A stretch of DNA of 64,000 nt, from the NCBI GenBank assembly GCA_010093705.1, contig MU006090.1, positions 1,701,817-1,765,816 on the forward strand. The letters are read 5' to 3'. The notes below the pieces were generated by a model, which ran no database searches, had not been told where the DNA came from, and was given only the letters and a program-made list of their open reading frames with translations. Shown in pieces: positions 12,543-25,548 of this stretch (position 1 is the stretch's first letter; the number at the start of each line of letters is the position of its first letter). Both the position numbers and the translations under genes were made by a program. Source of the stretch: Patellaria atrata CBS 101060 (taxonomy: Eukaryota).

Positions 12543-14147
12543 TTTGGGATTATAGAAAGAAAAAGAGACAGATATCTTGAATTATGGGAAGCACGACTAA
12601 AGGAGCTGAAAGCAAAGCTGAAACGAAGCAGCGGATGCCTAGTTCAACTCTCGTCGGAATACTCAATTTCAACTGCTGAAAGATTCAATAGCTAACCAAC
12701 TCGGAATACTCGGGCTATCGGTGACGGAAAAGAGTTGTAAATGTACACCAGAACTATTTTCTTTGTACCGCATAGTGGGAATATCTACCTAACTATAGAA
12801 AATCCTTAGGTTTGGGGGCCAAAACGAGACTTCTGTAAACTCTCTAGCTTACACAGTTAGCTAGAGCTCCATTCTAACGACAAATCATTGGCAGAATATT
12901 GATAGCTTCCCCAGCACTCATCTTGACGACATACCTCCTTTTTCGCGATATCTTAAACCGAAGAAAAAGGAATGCAACAATAGAAAGATGCCTTTTGGGC
13001 GCAAAACCGGGAGCGGGATGCTCATTATCGGGTAGACGGACGGTCTTTCTATCAGAACTAGCTACCTTAGTTCTACAAGTCCGTCTCAGTAATCTCGGCC
13101 ACTGTTGGTTAGAAGGGTTTTGAACAGCCTTTGTTCAACGGACAATCCCCATTGTGTATACATATGTAAGATAGTAGTAAACCGGGCTTCTCCTGTCAAA
13201 TGTGGAAGTTGCCGAGATGACATAAGGACCGAAAAAGAATTGCTGATGGAGTTCTGGAGGTATGCAGTATTTACTGTAAGCAGAAGTGCCTAGGCTCTAC
13301 TTAATAACTCAGTATCCTCCCGGTGCTCTTGCAAGATTTGGACCTTGTTCTGCCCGGCTGTACCGGACGGTTTGGGGGCATTTAGATGAATTTCTTTTCG
13401 TAAGTTGAGCCTATATATTACCATTTGCCATTGTCATGCCGATTGCCCCTCTGATAATCATGTGAAGCTCGAGTTCGAGGATGGTGTACTCCATAACAGG
13501 AGAGGACTCTCACAAAAATCCGGAAGAATACAAAAAATCGCCTTTACTCGTTAGAATGTTGGTAACTGGTAAGGAAACGTGGTAGATGATATAATAAGTT
13601 GAATAGAAATAGATGGGGAGAAGATCTCATAGACTTCTATAAAAAGGTCGTCCCCTCTAGGATGCCGGGGAACGATTCAATTGGAAAATTCGTTAATTTT
13701 ATTAAATTGGGCAAAGAATATTTCCTCTGCCAGCATTCCGTCTTGTATACGAGCGTTACAACGAAAGTCCAAGCACTACTAAGGAGGATTTATATTCTAA
13801 TACTTAGTACGGATACTACTGTAATGAAAAGTGTAAAAAGGTGCGGGAGAACTCGCCTACCTTACGGCTTAAGCTTGTTCGGATGTTCATGACCCAAATC
13901 GCCAAAGAGCTTTTTTTTGTGTGCCTACTAACGAACCCAAACATCTATCCTTCATTTTTCACCTTCATCCCAAATCCTCCCATTCTTCACCGAGTGTCAT
14001 TCATTGACCACCGTGCTCGCACCTTAGACACGCCCCGCCACCTTGACCGAAGCCTTTTCGAATCCCGCACTTCGCCCTCTCGCTCGTGTCTAAGTACCAC
14101 CACCACTGCACGTCCAGGCAACCCACCTTTTCCCTACAGTTCTCACT

Positions 14148-14468
14148 GTTAGTATCCTGCAACCCACACCACATATCCGCTTACCTACTCTTCAACCATT
14201 TCTCTACGGCCTATGTTCCCATTGCATTGAATTGTGAAGGTCAGTAAAGTTTGTCCCGCGTCCGTCATCCAAGCGACGCCTCGCAAATCCTAAACTGTCC
14301 CGAAATCCAACAACAAACCGACATACTAGTGGGTTCGACTGAAATCGACGCGCCAGATCACCATTCCTTGCGGCTTGCGAGTCACTCGCTCCATTTATTT
14401 TTTTTTTGGACTTGCGTTGATGAACACTATTACCTTGAGGGTTCACAAGCTAACGATCAGTCCTATAG
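14148..14468 (+). other. Probable 5'-UTR intron of the LARP1-like gene
   Basis: GTTAGT donor at 14148, GCTAAC branch at 14449-14454, acceptor CAG 14460 or TAG 14468. The ATGs of this stretch lie inside the intron. Confidence 0.55.
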
Positions 14469-14880
14469 TTAATCACAACACTTTTCTTCTCCCACGAACA
14501 ATTTCCGCGCTCTCTCGACTTCAACTATCTCGCTCACCATACATCCTATCCGCACCCTACCAACGGTCACTTTGTCACATTTTAGTCGGAACGGTAGTTG
14601 GGTGCTCTACGGAGTTAGGCATAGCGAAAGAAATTAACTTACCGACGATACAGGAGTTCGGGAAGAGTAAATTGAGATACATTCTACGGCCGAGCAGTCT
14701 CACGGATCTGGAGGTGCGGAGAGGACGGCTGTTGTACCTCTCCGGACCAGAGAGGCAGTCCAGCTGTAGACGCTCTTTATAAGGTCCATTGCTGCTTAGG
14801 CATATAACGCATACCCGCAAGCGATATATCCTTCTCAAAGGTATTTTACCAAGGCTGACCACCTGGTAAATTAATTCACC

Positions 14881-17800
14881 ATGGCATCTTCGACACTCAA
14901 ATCCGCTGCAGATTCCCCCGTTTCTGGGATATTCTCATACGCACAGGCAGCAAAGGGACTGTCATCTTCGGGACCTTCTACGGTTCAGTCAAGTAAAGCC
15001 CCTTCCGGGGCCGTCAGTCCGTCAGGAGATAATGCTACATCTCATGACGCGATCCCCAATGCTCCATCGGGAATGAATTGGGCAGACGATGTAGAGGTCA
15101 ACGGCACATCCTCCAAGGATAGCTTAGCTAAAACTCCGGAGATATTTCCTCAACATGTTGAACCTGAAAGTTCGAGCGAGAAAGTCGATCTAAGCCATGC
15201 CAACCCGCCCTCGAGTACCGCATCGCCCGAATTTGGAGCCTCGTCCACGTCAACATTAGCGAAAGAGGATGATTTTTCTTCATTGCCAAATGCTTCATCA
15301 GAGTCAACATGGGAAAATAAGTCTCAAAGTTCAACGGCAATCGACAGGTCAACCGATCATTCGGAGGGAGGAACGGAACAGCCTAAAGAGACTCCAGTCG
15401 AAATGGAGAAGACATTGCCGAAAGTGTTACACGAGGCACCAATTCCGGCGGTGAATTTCTGGAAGCAGCGAGCCGAGGAATTGAAACTCAAGACTGCATC
15501 AACTTCACAAGCAACCAAACCGGTAGCTTCATCATTTCCCAACGCATCAAATGGAAATGGCAAGACTGGTGAAAGGCCTAGTGATGCACCGGGAGTAGAC
15601 GGGAGAAAGAAGACTGAAGGTCGGGTTAAGATCTTAGCAGATGAGCAGAACGCTGCATCTTCAAGTAAGCATAGAAAAGGGAGTGGCGAAGGTCACTCTC
15701 GATTGTGGGATAATGATGCTCGACGTGAACCGGGTGACCTCGATAAGCATAGAAAAGGAAGCCATTTTTTGAAGAGTGTAGAGAAAGACTCGACCCCTAA
15801 ACCCCCACCACCCGTCAAGGATGAGACATCTTGGCCTACTCCGGAAAGTGCACAGGAAGAGGGGCGGAAACGGTCACAGGAGAAGGATGAAAAATCTGAG
15901 AAAGAGAAGACTCCACCTACAGGCTCCAAATCTCACGACAAGAAATGGGTCCATGTCCATCACATACCAAATGTCATTTTCAGCACGCCCCTACCTAACA
16001 CGAGCTCAAGACGAGGTGGACGTGGTGGTGGGCGCGGTGGCAGAGAAAGTGGTGGTCGGGGTGCGGGATATGGAACGAGCGGAAGTATTGTCGTTGAGAA
16101 AGATGTGCAATCGCTTGTCAATACGCTCCCTAACGGCGATCATCCAAGGCGCGGAAGGCCAGAGACCACTACCCGAAATGGTTCTCCGTCCAAAGGAAGG
16201 AGAGGCGTTAGCGCTAACTCCAGTTTCATCCGCGAAACATCCGACTCCACAAGTGCACCGGAGCGTGACCCAAAGCCCAAAGCTTCGGCTGATTCAGTAC
16301 CAAATTCTGCTCGAGCAAGGCCTGAAGATGAAGGAACAACAAGTCCAACAAATACTGGACAATCTACTGCTGGACTTCGCCAATATCCACCAAACAAACA
16401 GAGACTGACCCGTAGGCAGGATCAACCCAACGCAGGAGATAGGAGAAAGGATACTGAGCCCGTTACTGAGGGAGAGCACTCTCATCGCCCCACTCGGCGT
16501 AAATCTACAGCAACTCAGACAGACGGTAAGCTTCTAATAGACTTGGCACTCAGCATGTGGTTCGGTAGACTAACCTCTGTAGATAATGGTGAACGTCGTC
16601 CAAGTAATACGTTTGAACCGCAATCCACAGCATCGAGAGCTAATGGTACGGATCGTCGTGGTAGCATGATTAACTCGATAACGAACCGTGAACGAGGAGG
16701 AGAGCATCGCGGACGAGGAGGCGGCCGAGGTGGTAGGGGAGGGGGTCACCCGTACCAGTTGGCGACCCACTTTCCTAACTCACAGTTCCCCAATAATCAC
16801 TCTGCAAGTATGGCCTCTCCTTTCGTTACACCGAGATCGCCTTCCTATCCGTATTCCGAAGGGCCGAATGGATTTGTGGCATCTCCGCAACATACTCGCG
16901 GTTTTCGTGGTCAAGGGCCACGATCGCAATCGATTCCAAATGAGAACTACGGCCGCGGTCCCAAAACTTTTTCTCCAGTCACACCGAGTATGCCTGGGTT
17001 TCCACAATATACTGGAATTTACGACTATTCCTCAATGCAACCAATGAGTGCTGGTCCTTACTCGCCTTATATTGATAGCTATACGCTGATACAAATGGTA
17101 ACCCATCAATTGTAAGTCCACGCATATTCCATTAGCAAATAGTAATTTAACACACCGTAGGGAATACTATTTCTCACTCGATAATCTTTGCAAAGACATG
17201 TTCCTACGGAAACATATGGATTCTCAGGGATTTGTTTTCTTGACCGTAATTGCAGACTTTAACCGGATCAAGAATCTAACTACCGACATTGAACTCATCA
17301 AGATGGTCTGCTATCAATCACGCAACATCGAGTTCAAGACTGGTATAGATGGCAAGGATCGATTACGCAAGAGAGAAGGTTGGGAGCAGTGGGTGTTACA
17401 ACTTTCTGAGCGCGACCTATCGGTACAAAACGACGAACCTGTCGAGTTACACTATCCTCCAATCCCGCACCCCGTTGATTCCAATGTCCAACAGATAATG
17501 AGATACGCTCCGGTTCCAATGGGTTACCCAACTAGTCCTTCATTTATACCTGGTGGGCAAAGCTTTCAGTCTCTGAATGGGATGGCAACTAGTTCTATCT
17601 CGCCTACTAAGTCCCATGGGACCAATGGAGTCTCGAATTCGGCTTCACCATCGAAGAGTGTAGCAAGTCCGAATGAATTACCAGCAACTTCACCGGTACT
17701 GAACCATCAATCGCCGGATGTAGAAACAGATTCATTCGAAGATAATCAAATCGAGGTTTTGAGTGTGATTGTTCGGAAAGGAGAGTTAAGTCCACAGACG

Positions 17801-18542
17801 GCTCCCTTCCATTCTGCAGCGTCCCGGACCTTCTCTAGTGGGTCTATTGACGGCAACAGCTTTGATAAGAGTCAAAACGGACCACAAATCAATGGTCACA
17901 GTCCAACATCAGCGTATGTTATATTCCCAGAAAATGAGAGTCAAGAACAAGGTCACTAACAAACCGAGTAGTGTTGATAGTCGTAAACTGTTTGAGACAA
18001 AGAGGTCGCTGAGTCCAGCTGCTTCGAACTCCTCGAAAGCAACCAATTCTTTGAACCTCTTCTGGGTTAAAGGCAATGAAGCGCCTGTAGAATCGCTTCC
18101 CTCGGATACTACCTCCGAGTTATATACAGATCTTCGCGTGAAGGCACTTGGGCAACGGCAAGATGCGCCCACTGGTAAATGTCCTTACGATATGGACATT
18201 CTTTACCAATTCTGGTCTCATTTCCTGATTCGAAATTTCAATTCAGGCATGTATGACGAGTTCCGCCGTCTTGCATTTGATGACGCGAATCTACGCATGT
18301 CTGACACCGGTGTGAGAAACCTCCTGAAGTACTACGGCGAGGCGCTCTCAAGTCAGAACATCATTCGGGATCGAATAGCAAGGCACTATGTCAACTTTGT
18401 TCTTTCCGAGGATCCTAGTTCGGATAAACCTGCTCTCAAACAGTTGCGATCAGCCTGGCGAAACGGCGCACTCAATCTGAAGAACCGCAAGAAGATTAGT
18501 GCCTACGTGGATGCTAATCTCAAAGCTGCACTTGAGGCATAA
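14881..18542 (+). CDS. LARP1: La-related RNA-binding protein, LARP1 family (La motif, RGG tracts, C-terminal DM15-like region)
   Basis: La motif QL|EYYFSLDNLCKDMFLRKHMDSQGFV..FNRIK; RGG repeats; C-terminal LYQFWSHFLIRNFN..MYDEFRRLA resembles DM15. Exons 14881-16525, 16583-17111, 17161-17913, 17972-18542. Confidence 0.88.
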
Positions 18543-19629
18543 CCTTCTCACCCTGATAACTACATGAGGTTCATCGGAACCGTACCCTCTGACCCTCTAA
18601 ACATATCCGAATAGCTGGCTAGCTTTCCGGTCGGATCTCGTGTACTGTACACTATTGGAACACAGCCATGGTACTCGGTTACAATCCTTGTATTATCTTA
18701 CCCCTTTTCCATATCACAAAGTCTGTGCTGGAGATCCCTTCCTTTTCCTTTATTTAACACATGTTCCCACTGTCTCCCTTCTACAAGAGGCCACATCCCA
18801 TCCACAAAAAGTTCGCTGGAGTTTGTTTCAATCACGTCATACTGGCATTAGGTTGTGGTGTTTTTTTTTTGCTGCATGCGAAACTTTTTCTACAACTTTC
18901 TTCAGTTCCAATTGCTTTCCAATTCTCTTCTCCTTCGTTATGGGATTTAGGCATGTTTTAGACTTTAAAGAATTCCAACCCCACCTAGGCAAATAAACCT
19001 GGGTAAACTTACACATTTGCTTGCTTTTTTGTGGAAAACGTCTCGCGGTACGGCTGTTTTATCTTTGTAGGCGAAAGGAAGGAAGTAGATAGAAAGATCA
19101 ATTTCAAAACCTGCTACTCTGGGATTGTGGTGTCTCGTGCATCTGGGGCCATGGGGAAGAATATACACCTTGATGGATACCTCACCTCACTCCCGTCGTT
19201 CTCCCTGTTCGTTTTCATACCACGTGCGTCCACTCCTCATATACGTCCCTCGCTTTCATTTTGATACATGTGCATTCCTTCCGTTTTCATACGCGTACGT
19301 CACCCTCTCAAAACCTAATCAAGCCACACACCACGCGGAGATCAACGTATTGAGCACCATACTGCAAGATTAAGGCACAGTCTCAGAACGAGCCTTTAGA
19401 GCATTTCATGGAGTAGTGGAGTGGACTGTTAGGACGTGTCGTATTGTGTTACTGTATTATACTTCTAGATATTCTTTTTTTTTCACTTCTATCATTCAAA
19501 ATAGCCCAACGAACTCTTTCCGACACTCTTCTACGCATTTTTCCCCCGGGAACCCACCCTCCTCCCCATCTTCCGGCCCCCAACCCTCTCCTCTACAAGT
19601 TATGCTACATGCTTCGTTTGACTCGTGAA

Positions 19630-21074
19630 TTATTTACTCCCCGCCGCGACCGCAGCCTTGAGACTACCGACGACGGACAGGCAAATCAATGGGGAAATGG
19701 TATAAGACAACTGCGTGATGTGTCAGCACTCGAGAGCCTCCACATCTCATTTCTCCGCGAGGAGATCGAGGCAAGATAGTTGAACTCACAGTTAAAAACT
19801 TAGCGATACTCATTTTCTCCTCCTCATCACTGCCATTGACATCAGCCAGCGCGGTCAACTTCATAGCAGGGGGCCCGGTCGGCATGAGCATCATGGCGAA
19901 CCAGAGGACGGGGTCGTCACCGAGGACGGTAGTCTTGGTCACGAGGGCCCAGATGATAGGGATGGAGACGAGAGGCCAGAGGAGGTAGCGGACCAGCGTG
20001 ATGAAGACGACGGGCTTCCAGGAGACGGAGCCGCTCTCGTCGCCGCGCTTGAGGGCGCGCATGGCGCGGCTTAGCTTGACGCCGACGACGATGACCTGCA
20101 GCGCGGCGAAGAGGTCGCCGAGGTTCTTGATGCTGTTCGTCAGCCAGGCGTTGAAGTAGCCGCCTTCGTTGAAGTCGTTGAAGAAGAGGCGGTGCAGGGG
20201 CGGCGTCAGGCCGATGATGGCGCCGATGACGGCACCGATTAAAGGCGCGTTGAGGAATTGGAAGGAGTAGTGCGCCGTGTTTTGCGCCCAGGAGGGGAGC
20301 CGGTTGTAGACGTCTACGCCTTTGTTGTAGGTTTTTTTCAGCGGGGAGCGGGCGCGGTTGTGGAGGCGGTCGGGGAGAAGCGAGGTTTGCTCGTCCGTGC
20401 CATCGCCTTGACCTTCGCCGTCTGGGTCGCTGCCCTCTTCTTCATCCTCGTCTTCATTCTTCCTGTCTAGCTCGTCTGGCGCGTCCTCCTCTTGCCCGTT
20501 TAGGAGACGCGGCCCCAGCGCGAAGGTTAGCGAGTTGCTGACCATGGCATTCACCAGGAAGTATGACTTGGCGCGATCGACTGCGTCGGAGGGAGAGTCG
20601 GTGTCGGACATCAGGAGCTGGCCCAGGATACCTGTCGCAGAGAGGGCTTGGACGAGAAGGAGGGGGAGAGAGGTCGTGTTGTTGAACGCGATGGCGGGAG
20701 TGACCCATTTGGGCATTTTGAAGACCTTGGTAAAGATCACGCCAAAGGCTATCGAGAGGACATTATACATGATGGCCCACACTATTTGCACGGACCGGTT
20801 AGCGGTTATGTCAAAGACAGGGAGGATTTTCCGTACACAGCAGCGGGACATATCGCGTGGCAGTATCCAGATGGAGCTGAGACCCGACATTGGTGATGAG
20901 GAGAGCGGGGAGAAACATGCGCACACATGTTCTCGAGATGTCCTTCGCCGACGATTCTGAAAGCAGGCCGAATTGAGTTGCTATCACACCCCACAGAACA
21001 GTGAGAAGTACTGCTAAGGAGGCCTGTAGAGCTCCCAGGAATGAAGTTGTTAGACTACTTCCTTCCGACGACAT
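19630..21074 (-). CDS. Auxin-efflux-carrier (Mem_trans/PILS-like) membrane transporter
   Basis: About 10 hydrophobic segments around an acidic loop; motifs FLPALL, FNNTTSLPLLL, NAPLIG, PTGPPA. Exons 21074-20837, 20781-19790, 19710-19630. Confidence 0.85.
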
Positions 21075-21486
21075 GATTGCCAATGCTTGGTGTTGCAGAC
21101 CTAGAGGAACGGATCGAGCTCTATGGAGGATGTGTTATTGTTGTATCATGACCGTTCTAAAGGATCTAAGGCAGAAAAAGACGATAAGATGGACGGAAGT
21201 GCGGACATAGGGACGAGTGAAGTATTTGTACATTTTGCGGTGATAGATTATAGCATGTTCCACGGACCACGGTGATCCTACGCTGCTACCCAAGGCCTGG
21301 GCATGGCGGGAATCAAGGTACAGATACAACACGATCGAAGAATTCTCCATCTGCGTCATCACGCGTCTCAGATCCGCGGGTTACCCCACGAAACATCGAT
21401 CGCGTGCCCCTTTTCCTTACCCGTACAGAAGAACGACTTCACTGTACGGGATAAGCTATAGCTGTATTACAATATAACACAGTTCA

Positions 21487-22993
21487 CTACAACTCGTCTC
21501 TTATATTCTCCTTCGAGGCCGCCAAGTGAACCTTTCCCTGTTCAATTAAACCACGTCGAACAATGCTCGTTAGCACCTCAAATCCAACTTGCGCTGCTGC
21601 CAAAGCTGTCGCTTCTGTACTACCATCATAAGCTGGACTTACCTCGACTATATCCGCTCCAACGACGTTGAGTTCTTCGATACCTCGCAAGATGCGGATT
21701 AGTTCTCGCGTCGTCCATCCACCTGGTTCGGGGGTCCCGGTCCCGGGAGCTAGGCCGGGATCGATAACATCAATGTCGATGCTCAGATATACCGGAACCT
21801 TCGTACCAACTCGATCCATGATCTTAGAGATTATCCCTTTGACACCGATATCGTCAATATCATCGGTAGAGATTCGTTCCCAGCCTTGCTGAGCGTCATC
21901 TTCATAATCCTCAAAACCATCTCCGGCCAATCGTGTCCGCAGTCCTGCGTGGACCGAAGATGAGTTAACAATCAGCCCTTCCTTTGCTGCTATCCAAAAC
22001 ATGCTCCCATGGTTAAAGAAGGAGGGCGTCGACTCGTCCGCGGCATCGATCCAAGCGGAAGGGTACTTTGCGGGATGCCATGTATCTAGATGAGCATCAA
22101 AATGTACAACCGTGATAGGCTGGCCGTATATCTTCTTTAGCGCACGAAGAATGGGTAGAGCGATGCTATGATCTCCACCTAACGTGAGTAGTTTCGGCTT
22201 CTGCTGATATGGGGAAGACGAGCGTAATGACTCTGAAGGTGGCGAACGCTGGCCTAATTCGAGAAACGCTTCGCTCATTTGGCGAAGGGCCAGAGTGTTG
22301 TCAAATGGCGTTACTGGAACGTCGCCGCAGTCGACGATGTTGGCCCATGAGGTGTAGGGGTTGAGATTTGCTCGAGCGTTGAAACCGCGGAAAGAAGTCT
22401 GTCGAGAGGAACCGGCGCGGATAGCACGTGGGCCAAATCGTGCTCCTGTTCAACGTTGTTAGGACCAAATTGTATAGCGCTATTGATTTGTACAGTTCCC
22501 CTAAAGTGTACAGTACGGCCCAGATGTCGAGCCAGGTCATCTTGAAAGTCCTCTTGTTACTGTACCATGAGCTGGAGACCTTCTAAGTACTACCCTATAA
22601 AAAGCCAAGAGTGCCATGGTAGGGGAAGAGATACTAAGAAACTTCAGTGGTAGGATGTTCAAAAAATTCAACTACACACCGGGTCTATAGCTGACTGCAG
22701 TGTCAAACGGTACGCCGAGAATCCCGATATCGAACGGAACCCATGGTTGGGTTAGACAGTGAACATGAGGTAGGTGTGCAAAAGTAGATATGCCCGAGAA
22801 ACCCCACTGCTTAATGTTAGGAATTGATTGCAAATATCCCTTACCAAAATGATCATACATCAACTCCCCATTTCTGCTCCAATTCTTTCAGACGTGGGTG
22901 AAAAATCGGTTCCTCTTCAGGATCTGACGATGCAGAATGAGCGGAAGTGAGAAAGACACGAGAGAAGTAGAAATAAATGCTTAAGAACAACAT
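21487..22993 (-). CDS. Ureohydrolase, agmatinase/guanidinobutyrase type, with signal-peptide-like N-terminus
   Basis: [56 protein letters not shown]. Exons 22993-22859, 22806-22680, 22445-21487. Confidence 0.92.
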
Positions 22994-23444
22994 ATTCGAC
23001 AAAATTATACTGGACTGTATACAATCAAAATATGAAGTGATTTATTTTACTTTCCTCACTGATGTCTTATCTTCGGCTGCGAATTATGTAACGGCATGAA
23101 GACGGCGTCATCTTCGTTGTAAAAGTGCAAGCACCAATCGTTCCAAATATAGCCCTTCTCATCTCACATCGTGTCTCGCACAAGTCCAGAACTTTCTCTA
23201 CGTACAACGTGATGTCTCCCAAACAGGAGCTGGAAGTCGGACGGAGAGTGCCTTAGATTAGTACAAAGGTACGTAAAAAGGATGACGCGCATCCCGTGAC
23301 TTCGCGGAATACGCGTCGTCCTAGCCGTTCACATCTCTTCCCGTAAGCTACCACGGCTGCTTTACCCCATCGTGCCCCTTTCTCATTATACTTGGTACGT
23401 GTTCTATCCTAATCATACTTCGAGGTATCTGGGAATCTGTCATA

Positions 23445-24919
23445 ATGCCTGAGGTATTGTATTGTCTAAATTGATATCAAGATCAAGATGGTGCTGACTC
23501 GTTTAGATCGCTGAAGTTGCCCGCATCGTTCATTATCTTAAGAAGCATATCGTCGGAAAGACTATCGCGTCTGTGAAGGTTCAGGAGGATGATATTATCT
23601 ACGGCAAGGTCGGGACGTCCGCCGGCGCGTTTCAGACAGCCATGACTGGAAAGAAAGTCGTGGATGCGCGACAGCAAGGGAAATACTTTTGGCTAGTGAT
23701 GGACTCACCTCCACATCCTCTAATGCATTTTGGTATGCTACTTAGGAGCATATCTCGTATCAACGGATACTAAGTTCTAATTTTAGGAATGTCCGGATGG
23801 ATGAAATTCAACAATGATGATACAGCATACTATCGTCCAGCGAAGAAAGAAGAAGAGCAGTGGCCCCCGAAATTCTGGAAGTTTATTCTACAGACATCGG
23901 ACAATCCATCATGCGAAGCCGCCTTCGTAGATGCACGGCGTTTGGGAAGGGTCCGTCTCATAGAGGCCAAAGCAGATGATATGCGGAAAACGACTCCCTT
24001 AAAAGAGAACGGGCCAGATCCCGTTATAGACCGCGATATAGTTACTGATGAATGGCTGGGGAAATTGATGAAGAAGAAGAAAGTTCCAATTAAAGCTCTA
24101 CTCCTAAATCAAGCAAACATCAGTGGTGTGGGCAATTGGGTAGGGTGAGTTTTGTCACAATTCCTTCTGCGTAAATAAATCCTAAGTATACTGCCTTATA
24201 GGGATGAAGTTCTTTATCAAGCTCGAATACACCCCGAACAATACTCAAACACGTTTAGTGATGCTCAAATCAAACAGCTACACGACGCGCTCATATCAGT
24301 CTGTACAACGGCTTGTGAGTTGCTGGGGGAATCAGAGCGGTTCCCGGCTGATTGTAAGTTCACTACGGGTGCTAACTCTGACTGTAAATATGCTAATAGT
24401 ATCTCAGGGCTAATGAAGCATCGTTGGGGGAAGGGTAAGAAGGATGGTGGGAAGCTACCCAACGGTGAGAAGATCACATTCATTACTGTTGGCGGAAGAA
24501 CTTCTGCAGTAGTACCATCTCGCCAGAAGAAGACCGGAGGCGTTGCTGGGGATGTCCCATCAAAGGAAGAGGACGTAGAAGAAGCTGTTGACCAAGAGTC
24601 TGATGAACCTAAACTAGCTAAGAAACGCAAAACCGGCAAGGTAAATGCCCTAGACAACTTGTACTTGCTTGACACTAGCTAAAAGTCTTTCACAAATCAG
24701 GAGGCTTCGTCTCCGAAAAACAAGAAGAAGAAACTGAAAGAAGAGTCTGAAGAAGAACCAGCTGAGGAGAAACCGTCAAAGAACCGCAAATCAGCGACTG
24801 AGGTGAAACCATCGAACGGAACCGCGTCAAAGGGGAGTACGAGCAAATCAGATGCCCCTACCAACACCACCGCAGATAGTTCCATCGGGAGAAGGAGATC
24901 TGCCCGTCTCGGGAGATAG
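23445..24919 (+). CDS. Formamidopyrimidine-DNA glycosylase (Fpg/MutM, fungal/plant type)
   Basis: Catalytic N-terminus MPE|IAEV (9-nt first coding exon), QQGKYFW, MHFGMSG, FVDARRLGR, H2TH motif SGVGNWVGDE. Exons 23445-23453, 23507-23732, 23787-24144, 24202-24353, 24408-24640, 24701-24919. Confidence 0.93.
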
Positions 24920-24990
24920 TACGTGGGTTCAAAGTACGACATAGTCGGTGAAAGGCGTCTAGACAGAGTGAATTCTCCGTATACTTCAAC

Positions 24991-25090
24991 TGGTCTTTCT
25001 CTGTACTGGGTTTCTCTCTTATACTGGATTCTCTGTGTACTGGGTTTTTCTCTTATATCGGATTCTCTCTGTACTGGGTTTCTCTCGTAC
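24991..25090. repeat. Degenerate minisatellite, ~34-nt unit x ~3 with a ~17-nt sub-period
   Basis: Units such as TTCTCTGTGTACTGGGTTTTTCTCTTATATCGGA start at about 24995, 25029 and 25063. Confidence 0.8.
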
Positions 25091-25548
25091 GTTAAGGTCG
25101 GGGCTTCTTATTCAGCGGGCTCAAGTGTTTAAGAGGCTCTTTGGAGACTTTGATGTTCTGTATAGGTTGGAATAAGAGTTGAATGAACCGTTTTCATAGG
25201 AGCAAACCGCGCCGAACGATGCAAAGTTAAATAATACCTGGCATACCCCAGCCGATTCATGTCGGACTCGGAATTAGGTACCAATTTAGCCGAGAAACTT
25301 CCGTCCCACTTTCTGGAGCTCATGCTGCACACCCAAAAGAACTTTCGGAGCACTACGGTCTACGCGACATTCTTATTCCTCTCCAAATTTGTTGAGACAT
25401 CGCTCGTTTTACTCATACGATGAGCTCAGTCATTTCCAGGTTCGAATTTGTCAGGTAGGATTTCGATTGCTTCCACATACGAGATCACGGCCGCGACGAA
25501 TACTCTGTTCATCTCATCTTCAAATTGCACTGGTAAACTCTAGTCGCA

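Noticed and set aside
12899..13390. Cys-containing ORF fragments with a GTATGC donor in the intergenic region
   Set aside because: Every splice combination I tried hit stop codons; no supportable gene model.
19860..20700. Horizontal transfer as the explanation for the very GC-rich transporter exon
   Set aside because: The gene has typical fungal introns, and the same GC-rich skewed signature occurs inside core vertical genes (MON2, VPS11, CKB1).
23285..23316. MCB-like ACGCG(T) motifs upstream of Fpg (similar ones near 40310-40430 upstream of YRA1)
   Set aside because: Plausible for a repair gene, but short motifs are not distinguishable from chance without conservation data.
24354..24407. 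54-nt stop-free 3n intron in Fpg
   Set aside because: Strong canonical GTAAGT donor and branch sites; such introns arise often by chance.
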